Shown one piece after another: positions 1-13,459 of a stretch of 64,000 nt of DNA. A program made the position numbers and the translations under genes. This stretch comes from Tubiluchus corallicola. Its lineage: Eukaryota > Animalia > Priapulida. The DNA lies in contig JAQGDQ010000350.1 in assembly GCA_030141605.1 (NCBI GenBank), positions 104,098 through 168,097 on the forward strand. The letters are read 5' to 3'. The stretch's first letter is position 1. Each line of letters begins with the position of its first letter. The notes beneath the pieces are model-generated. The model searched no databases, was not told where the DNA came from, and saw only the letters and a list, made by a program, of their open reading frames with translations.

Positions 1-369
1 GCAAAGGATGTTGAAGAAACTTTGCACTAAGTCTGAAAACCAGGCACACTGAATGTAGCAGTGTTTCATACAAAAAGGCTACAGTAATTCTGGGCAGCAT
101 GGTTTTGAGTCCTTTTGTCTGGGAGGTGGGGTGGCAGAAGAATAAAAATATTAATAATTCCTTTGATGCTTTTGGTTTTTATTTGAAAACCAAGATTTCT
201 GTTTCGCCTATTTGCATCGTTTTAACTCTGGAAACTTTATATTGTTCACCATTCAATATTCATTATTAAACATTAGCCTCCTTGTTCATTTCATCGTGTT
301 GTTCACATTATATTTTTATTACAGTTTTTCGAAGCAACAGTGAAGACTAGCTAGAAATGATAAGCTTAC

Positions 370-955
370 CATCAAGCATTATACTGAATGATGCAGGTCG
401 TCTGTCTGGATGCAATGTGAACATTCGCATGAAATCTGTGCCGGTATCCTTTATCATGATATCCGTGAGATCTGGGTTATCGTAAAAATCAAGATGTTCT
501 ATATCCGACTTTCGTGCGGTAATAATATGTATGATCTGTATAGTCTTTAACTTTGAAAAAGCTCTAGGATGCATTTCAGTTAACTTCCAACTGTTTTGCA
601 AAAACAGCCAGTGTACGGTGAAATTTTCTGGAAAATCATCTTCACCGAATTTTTCAATATTAGAGTCATCAATGATTAACCAATTTATTTTTCTTCCCTC
701 AAGTATTTCTGGATACCAACGGGATTCAGCATATTTCGTGATAATCAGACGCGTTATCAAACTAGGTGCACCTCGTATTATGTCATTTATCACAGGTAGA
801 CTAAGTTTAGGCTCTAATTCACTGCCACACCACTGATAACTATCGATAACTGGAACAGTGTAAATTCTAACTTCATAGTAGCTACAATTCATTTCCCAAA
901 TATAAAGCTCACACTTAAAACACAACAAGAGTACACCTAATAGACAAAGAAACAT
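370..955 (-). CDS. Exon 1 of LRR-module protein paralog B (signal peptide + first LRR module); gene continues beyond the left edge of the window
   Basis: ATG at 955 starts MFLCLLGVLLLCFKC (signal-peptide-like); LRR-like strands (ITRLII, INWLII, VHWLFL, IQIIHI, HPRAF); phase-1 donor G|GTAAGC at 370/369; same length as, and about 22 aa different from, exon 10366-10951. Confidence 0.8.
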
Positions 956-1179
956 GTTTTCAAACTTCAAAAAAGGTTTCAGTTCTGTAGCACCTAGCAA
1001 CCATAAGAATCCTCAACTTAGAATTAAAATGAGAAATTTAATATTGTTGTGAAACAATGGTTTATCAGACAATAAAATACTGGATTCTAGGTTGTCATTT
1101 TATTCTGCATAATTGATTGCAAGTTTAGAACTTGCTTGCAACGAATGAGCGGGCCTAACCATAAAGTAAAACCAGATCT

Positions 1180-1715
1180 AATCTTAAACTGTAAGTCAAT
1201 CTACTCTTTAAAATATAGAAAGGAAACATAATTATTATTTTTTTCAAAAATGACTTACGTGACAGATTAATTACCACACAAGCACAATTTCACGTTTGCA
1301 CCACTAGTTCTTTGCTGCTACATGCATTTCGCCATTCGTTAGTAGGCCTCAGTTCAGATGTGCTAGTTTATGACAAACTGCGCACGTTCAGCAGCTCATG
1401 CGTGAGCAGAATTGTAAATTTGAAATTTGAATTTTTATCTTAAAACTTGCCTAGTTTCAGTGCAACGAACTGAACTTCTTATAATAGCACTGTACTTCAA
1501 CTTTCGTTTTCGCAAACACGTACAACAGCTCAAGGAATATTTTTGCTGTGGAAAATTATGTTTGCACATGATGTCATGAATGGTTGGGCTGGCCCGCGTT
1601 TAATTTTTTAATCTATTATATAATTATCAGCAACGCTTTTGCAGTATTAATTTTTGTAATATGTATTATTTTTATCGGACGAAAATTGGGTAGTATATAA
1701 AAAAATCATCCTGTC
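1180..1715. mobile_element. Dispersed repeat, probable non-autonomous DNA transposon (family also at 11170-11310, 15700-16030, 49521-50075, 51850-52090, 61630-62215)
   Basis: Shared blocks (ttaaactgtaggtcaa, gcgccactagttct, gctcatgcgtgagc, tgatgtcat..gttgggct..cccgc) in direct and inverted copies; one end reads catcctgt, resembling a CAGGGTG-type Tc1/mariner terminus. Confidence 0.6.
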
Positions 1716-4133
1716 TTCCTACAGGAATTTCTTATAATAATGCCAATAGAAATGGTGCAGCTGCTACAAAATGCATTTGCACAATTATGTAAAAAAATTC
1801 TAGAAAAAAAATCAATTTTTAGAAAATCGATTTCCATAATTTACTCGTGATAGTATTTGTTATGCTTACATTACGAATGTCAATGTTAAACTTGCAAATT
1901 TCTAACAATATCCTAATTAAGATTAACACAGAAAACAGTCAAACGGGGTCTTTTGTCTTTAAGAATGCATTGGTTACAGTATTAGATTTGACAGAGTGAA
2001 CACTAGTATAAGCAGACATGAATGAACACGTCACGTTGATGCACTAGTTCTACAGGCTCTTCATATTCTGTCCTGTTCGAGTTACAGAACTCGTCAAACG
2101 TTTTTGAATTTAAGAGGGACTTCACAGCGTATAACAGATCCGAACCACCTTTTGGTAGGTTTCGCAATGAGCAGTTTCACCCTACAGGCTTCCACGCTGA
2201 AGAACGAACATGTGCTATAATTACAGTATTAGATGCTAGATGACTCTCTGTTGTAATTAATTTACACATTTGGCTGAATTGCTAAACCACAACTAATGCC
2301 TTCAGAATATTTATGTGTAAAACAAATTTAGAAGTTACTGATTCTGTTAACAGTTCAACAATTTATTATGTCGCTAAAACTATTACTCGTCTTTTTTTAT
2401 TATTGTATTTATGTGTTATGTTATTACGTATTTTAATTCTGCATTTTGTATGTGCATGATCTTATTTAAGAACCTCCTTGTGATTCGTATAAGAATTAAG
2501 AAGAAGAGTCGTTGTCAGACTCGTCTGATAATGGGATACGTTGTCGTAGCAACCACGTGTGTTTATAAAGCATCTCCTCACAAAGTACAGATGTAGCTGC
2601 CCCATCGCTCTGCTGCGTTAACCCTGCTCCCACAGTACATAGTCAAGTATTCAAATAGCGATTAGAATGGTGGCCAAAGCATGTAGATTGAGTGGTATAT
2701 AGATTGAGAAATATTGAAGTAAGTAGGACTCCCACCTATACCACAGGACCTACAGCCAAGCATCATAACAGTTGACGTCGACTTGTAATGAAGGGAATTC
2801 ACATGTAACTTTCCAAAAGGCTTTGGGATTTGTGCTTATTCAACGCAATGCATAATTGAAGATTTGTGACATTCAAGGTGCATAATAAGCAGTGCATTAG
2901 AGTCGTCATACATCAGCACTGCAATGAGGCATTGCAATAAACATGATTTCTTGTTCGTTGAAACAAAATGTCATAATAACACAGAGAAGTGTGGCGTGAA
3001 TCTCACAAATTTGGTTGTCAAAACGGTGCAATTTATTTGGATCAAAAAATATTTCGCATGTAAAATCTTTTGCAAATTACAAAGCATATTTTCAAAAAAT
3101 TCTGCAGACAACTACAAAACTTTAAAAAACAAAAAACTTTACACATATTTGGACAGTCAATGGCAGGATATTTTTTCGAGCCCCTAATAATAGTCAGAAA
3201 CTGACGGTAGACTTTGAGCAAACGATAGTTGTTTCATAGGATATCTCCCATGTTTAATGTCCTTCAAACTTAATTAAAATTTTTATGGCAAAATTTCCTT
3301 TGTAACCATGAATGTAAACTTAATCAATGTTCACATCAATGTGACATTGGAGACACCTAAAATATTCAACTTTGTCCGTTTCAGAGTTTCCTAATGTAAG
3401 GCAATAGTAGTGAGTAGTCTCCTGCATAAACTGTTTTAAAACTTTACTTCCATTTTAGGGCTACGGTGGCAAAACAGCTCAAGATAAATTATCAACAAAA
3501 TGTGAGAGGCAACTGCAATTCGTCCAGCAAGTAAAGGTTAGAAGCAACAGGGTATCAAAGTTGTCCATGGTGCATGCCAGAAATGGTTAAGGAAGTGTTG
3601 CAATTACTGCAACATCAAAAATAAGAAAAAATCGGAGATATTTTTAATCACAATTTTTAATAGGGCTTTAAAGCGCAAGGCGCTTGACTGCAGTTTGATA
3701 TAATAATATGTGCAGCACCGCATCTTTCTTGTGCAATTAGAGTAAATTAAACCACACCAATGTATAGCTGTTTCAAATACAACTGGAAATACTAGGAATT
3801 TTTTAAATAATTACTGACTCTAATTTAAAATATAAGATTTACAAAGACATAAACGAACTGCAACTTGTTTTACTAAGACAAGTATAGAGCTTAGTTCTAG
3901 CACAATACTGAGTAATTCTCTCACATTATCAATTCATTGGACACTATTTAACCATCTGTCCAAGCTAAAGTACAAGCTACATTTGCTGTGAAGCAGCACT
4001 GATTATCTATTAACGAGCAGATTTATTTCTTGTTTTGTTATTGTTTTTTAGTGATTTTTAATACTTTCTACAATATTTTTGTCTTTTATTAATTTAATGT
4101 CTATCATTTAAGAGGAAGCATGTTTTATTACCA

Positions 4134-4366
4134 TCATGGGCTAAACATAAGCCTCTCTGTTGTAAAACTTAACAAAATAGTTGTGAAACATATCTCAGCC
4201 GGTGAACCTCTTGAGATAAAACTTTTCTGTGTCTCTTCACAAAATTCATCCACTGAAATCTCTCTATCTGTATGCTGTATAGGTGGAACTGCACAATCAA
4301 TTGTCGAAAACAGCCATGGCTTTCCTTTTGTCCATTGCATGCTGCAGTTACAAACAAGACTGCTCA
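4134..4366 (-). CDS. Exon 5 (terminal) of LRR-module gene A: LRRCT-like cap and C-terminal tail
   Basis: Acceptor ttattttag| at 4367; phase 1; LSSLVCNCSMQWTK...IDC...FCEE repeats the CxCxMxW cap seen in exons 2-4; stop at 4134. Confidence 0.7.
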
Positions 4367-5639
4367 CTAAAATAAAATAATTCACCCTGAAAAAAGTTTG
4401 TTTGTACCTGTATGGTAAGACTAGCTTTGTAATGCTTAATAACTGGTATAAAGTTAGGTATTGGTGACAGAACACAGAAAGCCAATTTGCATTGAAAGAG
4501 AACAGAGTAATTTTCCCGATAACTGCTTAAAACATTCCTTGGTTTCCAAGAAATTGCGCACAAGAAAATCTTTATGTGACCAATTTATTTCATTTAAATC
4601 GTAATAAAAACTTGCACTGTTAAGCTTGCTAAACATGTTAGTTATTTAATTTCGATTTTTAAATTTGCTGAGCCATCAGAAAAATTAATGTTAAATTTCG
4701 TGTGTACCTGCTATTTGATATGTAAGCCTATACTTGCCACCATCCGCTTTCTTGAATTATCAGTCACTTTTCTCGGTACAGGACAGAAAAATTTATAAAA
4801 TTTGGGATCAATGTATGAACTGAAAGCTCCTTATTTTGCTACATTTCTCAACTAGAAGGTTTGAGTTGCACATAGCAAAACTGCAGCTTATTGATGGTGA
4901 TTGGATGCAAAACCTAAGCATGCTGAATGATTGCGACATTTATTGGCAAAGTTAGAAAATATAGCAGAAATGTTACGATTATAAAATCAGCATCTGAAAT
5001 GGAGGTTTTTACGTGGGACGTGCAGAAAAAAGCTAAGATTTGTAACGTGTGCAAGCTGGTATAAATGCAAATGCCAAAGTGTTTCATAGACCAAATTTTC
5101 ACATTCTGATTAAACCAGTTTTCACACATAACATAGTGGACAATACTTAAAAGTCTGTGAAAATTTTGAAAATCTTGTATATAATCTTGGTGAAAACTGT
5201 TCAAGTTTATAAAATTGGTTCACTAGCAGTTGTTTTAAAGCGAATCCTAGTAAATTCCAGTCAATTGGTTTTGGTGTAAAGACAAATGATAAATTGAAGT
5301 GTTCAAAATATGAAAATTGACTGTGCAGATTCAGTGAAATTTCCAGGTCTTAACACTGGTTTTAATATCAATTTTAGCGAACATATTTCAAATCTTTGCA
5401 GGCGTACCTCTTGTTAAATTAATGTTTTAAAACGTCTCTTAACTTTACTAAATGTAAACTGTATAAAGGCTTTTTTCCACGCTTTTATATCTTCTGATTT
5501 GAACTATTGTCCACTAGTTTGGTATTTTTGCGGTGCAGCGAACACACAAAAATTGCAAAAATTACAAGAACGTGCTTTAGTTTTGTCTTTAATGATTACT
5601 TTACTGATCATGACAGAATGTTGAAAAAAGCTAAAATTA

Positions 5640-5880
5640 AAAAGCTTATGGAAAATAGGCAAAGTTTAATAGCATTAGAGGTGTTTAAAATTCTACATAA
5701 ACTCCGTCCAAAAAGCTTATGTAACATTGTTAATCTGAGAGAAAGCTCTTAGCAAATGCAATATGATAACGTCATAAGTATTACCAGAGTAAGCACAGAA
5801 TTAGATGGAAAAAAGTAGTTTTCCGATATTCAGCTTCTAAAATTTGGAATGAAAAGCCCAATAATTTGTGCATAGTCACT
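5640..5880 (+). mobile_element. Degenerate non-LTR (CR1/L2-like) ORF2 C-terminal fragment in intron 4 of the LRR gene
   Basis: ALEVFKILHKLRPKSLCN..NLR followed, across stops, by FRYSASKIWN, typical of LINE ORF2 C-termini. Confidence 0.5.
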
Positions 5881-5963
5881 AACTATAATGATTTCTTGAG
5901 GCAAACTAACATATGGAGCAGGGACGTATGTGGTGCAGGCAAGCCAAAATAAGGAAAACTCAC

Positions 5964-6689
5964 ATGTTATCTCTAGAAGAATATAAGAGTATGATCTATC
6001 CTTGTGCAGAGTTGGCGTGTTCATTTGTGATATATTTGTTCCACTAATGATAATGGTAAAAATGGCATTGTTGTTTGATAAATCCATCTCCATAGATACA
6101 AGCTGCTTACAGTTCCTGATGACAATCTGTTCCACATAATTCATTTTGTAAAATGCTTTAGGGTGTATTGATTTCAACTCTTCATTATCGAACAGTTCAA
6201 TTATTGATGTCACATTTCCATAAATGGCTTCTTCGTCCAATCTTTCAATATCTGTCATTCTTAATGTGAACTGCCGTACTGTCTTCCCATCGAGAAACTT
6301 TCTTGGCAATTCTTTCTCTTTATAATCGATAATTTTTAGAAGGTTTGTGCTCCGGGGCAACGAATGCCAGATATCTACCAACTTGTCCATGAAGAGAACA
6401 CTACCATAGTCACCACATATTATATTACATTTCCTAGTTTGTTGCCAATTTATCCACACATCACATTCAGGTATTGGGAGATCACATACTGGATTGTGCG
6501 TTGTTGATTCAGAAGGTACTTTTGTTGTAGTCAAGACACAGTCCTTTAATGATTCTTTCACTTCATCAATAGAAAATTTAACACAGTACAACTGCCAATC
6601 ACACTGCTTGTAACACTCAACTTTACTTGATTTGTGCCAATGTTCACTTTCAGCCCACTTCAAATAACAATTGCAAAGAAGTCTATTTC
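5964..6689 (-). CDS. Exon 4 of LRR-module gene A
   Basis: Acceptor ttacag| at 6690; donor T|GTGAGT at 5964/5963; 726 nt, phase 1-1; GNRLLCNCYLKW cap, Thr-rich linker, Cys N-cap, LRRs with IHPKAF. Confidence 0.85.
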
Positions 6690-6789
6690 CTGTAATACAA
6701 TTAAGTTCCATAACAATAAGTTCTCCACAGAAATTTTATGAGAAACAGTTGGTATCTGGTAATATATTGCAGCAAATAAAAAAAACAAC

Positions 6790-6896
6790 ATTTTCATCAC
6801 CATCATCATCATCACTGTGTCATCATCATCATTATTATCATCATCATCATCATCATCATCATCCTCATCATCATCATCATCATCATCATTATTATC
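6790..6896. repeat. (CAT)n microsatellite in LRR intron 3
   Basis: Imperfect CAT array; it explains the poly-His/poly-Asp ORFs in the track. Confidence 0.95.
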
Positions 6897-7134
6897 CTTA
6901 TAAGTAGACACTGCATACAGCCACCTCTAAGGCTTAACCATAGAAATGAGTTTAATTCTCACAAGATAATAAATTTTACAGATTATGGATTAGTCAATAT
7001 GTGTAATTGGTCAAAAAAGGCGCAATCCTTCTATTTAAATTTTAACTCGGGATCTAGTAGCTTTTAAATTAGCAGTGAGACATGGTACAGTTGTAAATTA
7101 AGAAATTCTTTAAAAAATTCAGTATTGTGGCTAC

Positions 7135-7800
7135 CTTTCAGCTTGAGTTGAATGTTCTTGGAGTCATAATACATGTGTAATTTTGGTTTATCCATGTGCA
7201 TCATTCCAGTTTTTTCAATGTCAATTACACTTAGTTGGCGATTATTAGACAAATCCAAATTTATAGTTTCTAATTTGCGACAGTTTAGAATGATTATATT
7301 TTCAACAGAGTTTATCCAGTAAAATGCTTTTGGGTCGAGAACAGTTAATTCAGGAAGGCGTTTCAAAATGAGAGCAATCCTAATCGTTCCACCAATTGCT
7401 ATTTTTCCAATTGTTTCTAGTTTTGAATCCGTAATTTCCAAAGTGTCGACAGTTTTTCCTGCAAGAAAACGATCTGGAAGTTCCTTTTCCTGAAAATTAG
7501 CAATATAGACATATCGAGTCCAGTAAGGGAGTTCTTCCACGATTTCTTCCATGTCAATTATGAAAAGTGGATCATAATAACCACAAGCAACAAAACAACC
7601 AGTTAAATTATCAAGATATTCAACAACAATACACTCATGAAGCACGATGCCACAGTCAACCGTTAAACATCCAATGAATTCTCCAATTTGTATTTCTCTT
7701 GTTGTATGATTTACTGGTGGATCCTTACAATCGATAGCTGATTCTTTCCAATCTTGTGCTTTAGTCCACTCCATGCTACAATCACATTGTAAGGGATTTC
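7135..7800 (-). CDS. Exon 3 of LRR-module gene A
   Basis: Acceptor ttcacag| at 7801; donor AAAG|GTAGCC at 7135/7134; 666 nt, phase 1-1; GNPLQCDCSMEW cap, LRRs with LDPKAF and LDLSNN. Confidence 0.85.
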
Positions 7801-8864
7801 CTGTGAATAAATTAATAGCTAATCAAATTTGCTAACAAGTTGATGTTATTGTTTGCTGCCTGACTGACCTATATCTAACGTGTGTGTGATACATGTGTTT
7901 GGGCGTCATGTCATGTGTTCACTGTGGTTGGCCTTATTTCACGCGACATACCCAATTCTGAAACAATACGTATTCAAAATTTGGTGACATTTTTCCATTT
8001 AAAAATACTTAACAAACGGTCGTAGAATATATAACTCATTGAATTCACTGGCACGTATGCAATCAAAAGTCGCTGTCAGTATTTTCATTGAATAATAAAT
8101 AATGAAGTATCTTGGATCAATTATGTCAAAAATGGTACTCGTACTCCAGCCCTGTGGCTAGGTACCATCAATTTCTGTTACTAATGGCAACATCCATGAA
8201 AGTTTTGGATATATGAGAAAAAACTGCTCAACGTAACTCCGAGGCTCTTTTCCGGAAATGTTACAATAATAAACTTTGTATAAAAAACAGCTGTGTAGTC
8301 TTAATGATAAATTGTTAGTAAGATACTATATTGATTATTATTTTTTGTTTTTAGTGATGCTAAATAAAGCTAAAAATATAATGCTAAACTCTCTTATCCC
8401 CCAACTCATTAGTGTATCAACTTTTGGAACATAACACCGACTGTTGGCTATATTTTACAAACTTTACAAAATTGCATATTAGCTCACACAACCTCTTTAT
8501 TGAAAGTAATTAGAGCCATTAATTAATTATGGCCAGTAAAGATCAAAAAAATTGATGAAGAAAAAGCAATTAGTTCTTAAATGCAACCATTAGAACGATT
8601 TAAAACATAGCCTGTATGGATACAAGCCATAGACATAGATATTCCCATGTCAATCAAATTTTTCCAAACTTTATGGTACAGGAGACTATTTTAAAAGAAG
8701 AAAATAATATTCAATTGCAAAAAACCATATTCAATTGATAGCTTTTACAAGTGTTGTGATGCCTGCATGTTGTGTAATTTTTTATGTAAAGTGAATTGCA
8801 TATGGTTTAGTGTCCTTCGTCAATAAACTATTATTTTTATAATTATAATGAGTTCTATTTTTAC

Positions 8865-9596
8865 CTGTAAGTTTGATGATTAGCTGATCAGGAGTACTGC
8901 TTGGATGAAAATTTGGCATATCCATTTGAGTTATGCCAGTTTTGTCTATAGTGAGGATTTGCAAATAGCGACACTTCCGTAAGTCCAAATTTATAGATAT
9001 CAGACGTGGGGCGTCTGAAATTAATATATATTTAACATAACGCTGTAATTCAAATGCTCTTGGGTCAATGTAGTAAAGTTTATCATTGCTTATAATTCTG
9101 ATATTTTTTGCAACTTTTCCACTAATTTCACCAATTCCAACCCACTCTATACTGTTGTATTTCATTTCAAAGGTGTTAATCGTTTTGGATTTTAAAAATC
9201 GAAGTGGTAGTCGTCTTTCTACGTAATTACTGATATACAATGCATCAAAATTGTCAGGAACGGTTTTCTCTATGACATCCAAATTTCCGAAATCAAGTCT
9301 GAAGAACCAACCGCATTGAATCTGGCACGGATCTGTATTCAGAAAACGACACACTGGTAATTCTGGGCCGCACGGCTGTGGTTTTGGTGTGGTCGTAGGA
9401 GGGTTCGTCCATGTAGGGTGGATAATTGTTCTGATTGTTGACTCAGTAGTGGTTGTGGGGCATCCCAAGAATTCGTCAAAATCTGCAAGAGTCATAGGTG
9501 GATTTACTCGTGGAGGGTCCAGGCATTCTATTCTTGAAAACTGCCAATTCACAGCTTTTGTCCACCGCATTGAACAGTTACAAATCATTGGATTTT
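8865..9596 (-). CDS. Exon 2 of LRR-module gene A
   Basis: Acceptor ctttttag| at 9597; donor ACAG|GTAAAA at 8865/8864; 732 nt, phase 1-1; ENPMICNCSMRW cap, Thr/Pro-rich linker, LRRs with IDPRAF. Confidence 0.85.
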
Positions 9597-9766
9597 CTAA
9601 AAGAAATCAGCACAATTTAATGAATATATTCTTATTAATTTGTTTCGTGTTTATTCATAAAATTGTGTAATTTGTAATATAACTGATTGTTGCAAATTTG
9701 TTTGAACCTGTTTTCATGCTTTCGTTTTCTGCAACTTTTTAATTTTGGAAACTTCATTCTACCTTT

Positions 9767-9767
<1 letters not shown>

Positions 9768-9804
<37 letters not shown>

Positions 9805-9900
9805 CTTTCTCTTACTTTCTCTCTCTCTTTCCCATGTCTCTCTTGCACTCTCTGTCTTTCTCTTTCCCTCTGTCTCACATCCCTCCCCTCCCCCCTCTCT
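9768..9900. repeat. (CT)n microsatellite / polypyrimidine tract
   Basis: Direct reading. Confidence 0.9.
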
Positions 9901-10365
9901 TACAAACTTCTTAGAGTAATTTTGCTTTAAAAGGGGCTTCCATATATGTATTGCGTTTTAATCTTATCTGTTGTAATTATAAGGACATGATAAGACTCAG
10001 TATTTAACTATACTGGAGGCTGATCTTTATCTACTTTTTCATAAAGTTTGTTTAATTAATTTATATATCTTTTAATTGCTGATTTGTACAGTTTGCCTGC
10101 CGGAATTAGCCTAGCTCATGAGCCCATGCACAGTAAATTTGTTGTCTTCTTTTGCTGTCAGTATTGTGCCAGAAATTGATACAGCCTATTCTGGCACAGT
10201 AACGGTTTCCATGCTGAATCGGGTCAGTACAATTGTGGTGTGCAAGCGGTTTTGGAGCGGTATAGGCCCGATTGCTGATTTTAGCTTGCGTGTACTGGGC
10301 CAATATCGTACATGCAATAATGCTATGTAACTGGCTCATAATATCAATATTTATTGGGAGATTAC

Positions 10366-10951
10366 CATAAAATATTATACTGAATGTTTCTGGTCGTCTG
10401 TCTTTATGCAGTGTGAACATTCGCATGAAATCTGTGCCGGTATCCTTTATCATGACATCTGTGAGATCTGGGTTGTCGGAAAAATCAAGATGTTCTATAT
10501 CCAACTTTCGTGCTTTAATAATATAAATGATCTGTATAGTCTTTAACTTTGAAAAAGCTCTAGGATGCATTTCAGTTAACTTCCAACTGTTTTGCAAATA
10601 CAGCCTGCTTACGGTGAAATTTTCTGGAAAATCATCTTCACCAATTTTTTCAATGTTAGAGTCATCAATGATTAACCAATTTAATTTTCTTCCATCAAGT
10701 ATTTCTGGATACCAACGGGATTCAGCATATTTCGTGATAGTCAGAGTCGTTATCAAACTAGGTGCACCTCGTATTATATCATTTATCACAGGTAGACTAA
10801 GTTTAGGCTCTAATTCACTGCCACACCACTGATAGCTATCGATAACTGGAATAGTGTAAATTCTAACTTCATAGTAGCTACAATTCATTTCCCAAGTATA
10901 AAGCTCACACTTAAAACACAAGAAGAGTACACCTAATAGACAAAGAAACAT
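10366..10951 (-). CDS. Exon 1 of LRR-module gene A (spliced CDS 2943 nt, 980 aa)
   Basis: ATG at 10951 with hydrophobic N-terminus; donor TATG|GTAATC at 10366/10365, the same position as in paralog B; exon lengths 586+732+666+726+233 = 2943, in frame throughout. Confidence 0.85.
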
Positions 10952-12877
10952 GTTTTCAAACTTCAAAAAAGGTTTCAGTTTGTAGCACCTAGCAACCATA
11001 AGAATCCTCAATTTAGAATTAAAATGAAAAACTTAATATTGTTTTGAAACAATTGTTTATCAGACAATTAAATACTGTACTCTAGGATGTCATTCTATTC
11101 TGCATAATTGATTGCAAGTTTAGAACTTGCTTGCAAAGAATGAGCGAGCCTAACCATAAGGCAAAACCGGACCCAAAATTAAACTGTAGGTCAAAGAAAT
11201 CTAATTTTTAAAATATTGAAAGGAAACGTGCTATTTTTTCGAAAGTGACAAACACAATTTCACGTTCGCGCCACTACTTCTTCTCTGTTACATGCATTTC
11301 ACCATTCGCCTGATTAACTGCCTAACTGTAACACATATGCAATATTAAGTTTATAATATACATGTATGTTGCTCTGTTGTATGCGTTTTATTTTGTGCTT
11401 GAACCATTAAGCCACTTATATGTGGTTTCTTTGTTTAGATGTATAATGTTTTTAAGTAGTTTTTCTTTATCTTTTGTAACTTTTGGCCAAAGACTGAATC
11501 CACCCAAAAGGTAATCATGTGGTGGGGTAGGTGCTGTTGGCGCTCTTGCTGCAAACCACTTTCCAGTGGTCATACATGCTTGCATGTATCTTCTGCTCCA
11601 AATCTGCAAAAGACATTGTAAAACGTCGGAGAGAAACTACCACATAGATTCCTAGGTGCGCCCCGTTTAATTCTATGATGGAAAGCCGTGCAGTAATATA
11701 TAATAATCTTAATAAAACGTGACTATGCTCAACAGGTTACTGAACACTTTATAATCATGATCACAGTTTTTCTTAGTTCTCGCTCCATTTAATCTTTCAT
11801 TCACTACTCCCCCCACTTTTATGTATATATTATCATTATTCATTATTTCAATTATTAATCATTCTTTTTTAAGATTTCCACGTACAGTTTGGCCTGCCAA
11901 GCTATGCTTTTAGGCTCAAACTGTATGCATCAAAATTATTCTGTAATGAAATTTGCACATGTATATGCTGCATTTTGTAATTTCTCGATAATACTGCATT
12001 TATTTATATTTATATTTATATTTATATTTACCTAAATGGATAATTATCTGTATTTTAATGATAATTGTAAGATGCAATGTGGAAATGAATAAACTCTCTT
12101 AAACTCTCTAAACTCTTAAATTCACTATAAACATGTTGACAGTGGCAAAAGTGTAATTTCAGCACTTTCCATTAAACAAGTTACCCATGTGCTTATTGTG
12201 TTGAACTCTTACAGATTTGCAGTCTATTTGCACCTTCTGTTTTTTTCTTATTAATTAAAACGTTCGACCTCTGTTAATGTTCTGCAAAATTAATGCAATT
12301 TTCTACTGTCCTAAGTTGTGTATGAGATCTGTATTGCATCCATGTTTCACAATGATTTTAATAAAACTGAGTTAAAAAGTAATCAGTTGCAGAAAGTATT
12401 TATTTTCGTTTTATCCAGTCGGCCTGCTGTTTGATATCAGCACCTAAAATTTTATAAAGTTAGAACCAATAATGAGGCTTTGACACGTGCTTGTCAAAAC
12501 AGTGCTACCAGCAACCCAAACAACTGACCAATAAGAAAAACTCACTACGAAATCGGATATCCTAGCTGAAACAGCAAAGCATGTTTAGAGTTGAAAAATC
12601 ATTTTCTGAGAAAATTATGGCATTCCACTTACGTCTTGGTCATAGATAAAGATTTTAGCTCCTGGGGGGAAAAAGTGAGACAGACACAATGGATCGCATT
12701 AAAACACTGTGGACTGAGCACAATTACATTAAGTTTCATAATTTTTCGGTTAGTGTCGCCCTTTACATGACCTCAATTAAGAACTGATGAGAAACATGTA
12801 TTCCGATTGGAGATTTTGTGCAAAAAAGACGAATATTTAGCATTTCCAGTGGTCAGATTTAAAGGAAATTTATGGAA

Positions 12878-12993
12878 TTATTATTACTACTACTACTACA
12901 ATTGTTGTTTTTGTTGTTGTCATTATTATTATTATTATTATTGTTGTTGTTGTTGTTATTATTACTATTATTATTATTATTATTATTATTATT
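12878..12993. repeat. Compound (TAT/TAC/TGT)n microsatellite
   Basis: Direct reading. Confidence 0.9.
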
Positions 12994-13459
12994 CGTGGTA
13001 GCTAAGTTACAAACATTATAGAAAGTCACAACCAATAATCAATAATCACTAGTAATACGCGCGACTGACGCGAAATGACCTGAGAATATAACGGGCGTGG
13101 TGAATAAAGCAGCGTATGTCGTACGCCTTGTAATTATGAAGAGTTTTCGTATTGCTAAAGTCGTATGTTTTCATTTTTTGACACAAAATCGTGTAAGACG
13201 TAATCTACAGCATAATACGTAAGGCCATTTTTATTTCCTGGATAAAAAAATAGTGCTGTGTTTTCGTATTGCGAAAACTTTTTGGGCGCTATTACACTTT
13301 CGCACCGCCTAGCTTTTTATAGGTTATTACTCGTTTTTAGGCTCGTAAGTCATCATTCTATTAAAATTATTCTTACGTCATCAGTGAATGTTTCCGCTAA
13401 TCTAATTGTAATTTAATAATATATTTAATTATTACACTGTATTCACAGTTTTACACCTA

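Noticed and set aside
6660-6911. Poly-Asp and poly-His ORFs
   Set aside because: Translations of an intronic (CAT)n microsatellite.
10106-10365. C-terminal extension of the 301-aa ORF
   Set aside because: Read-through into intron 1; similarity to paralog B ends exactly at the shared donor site.
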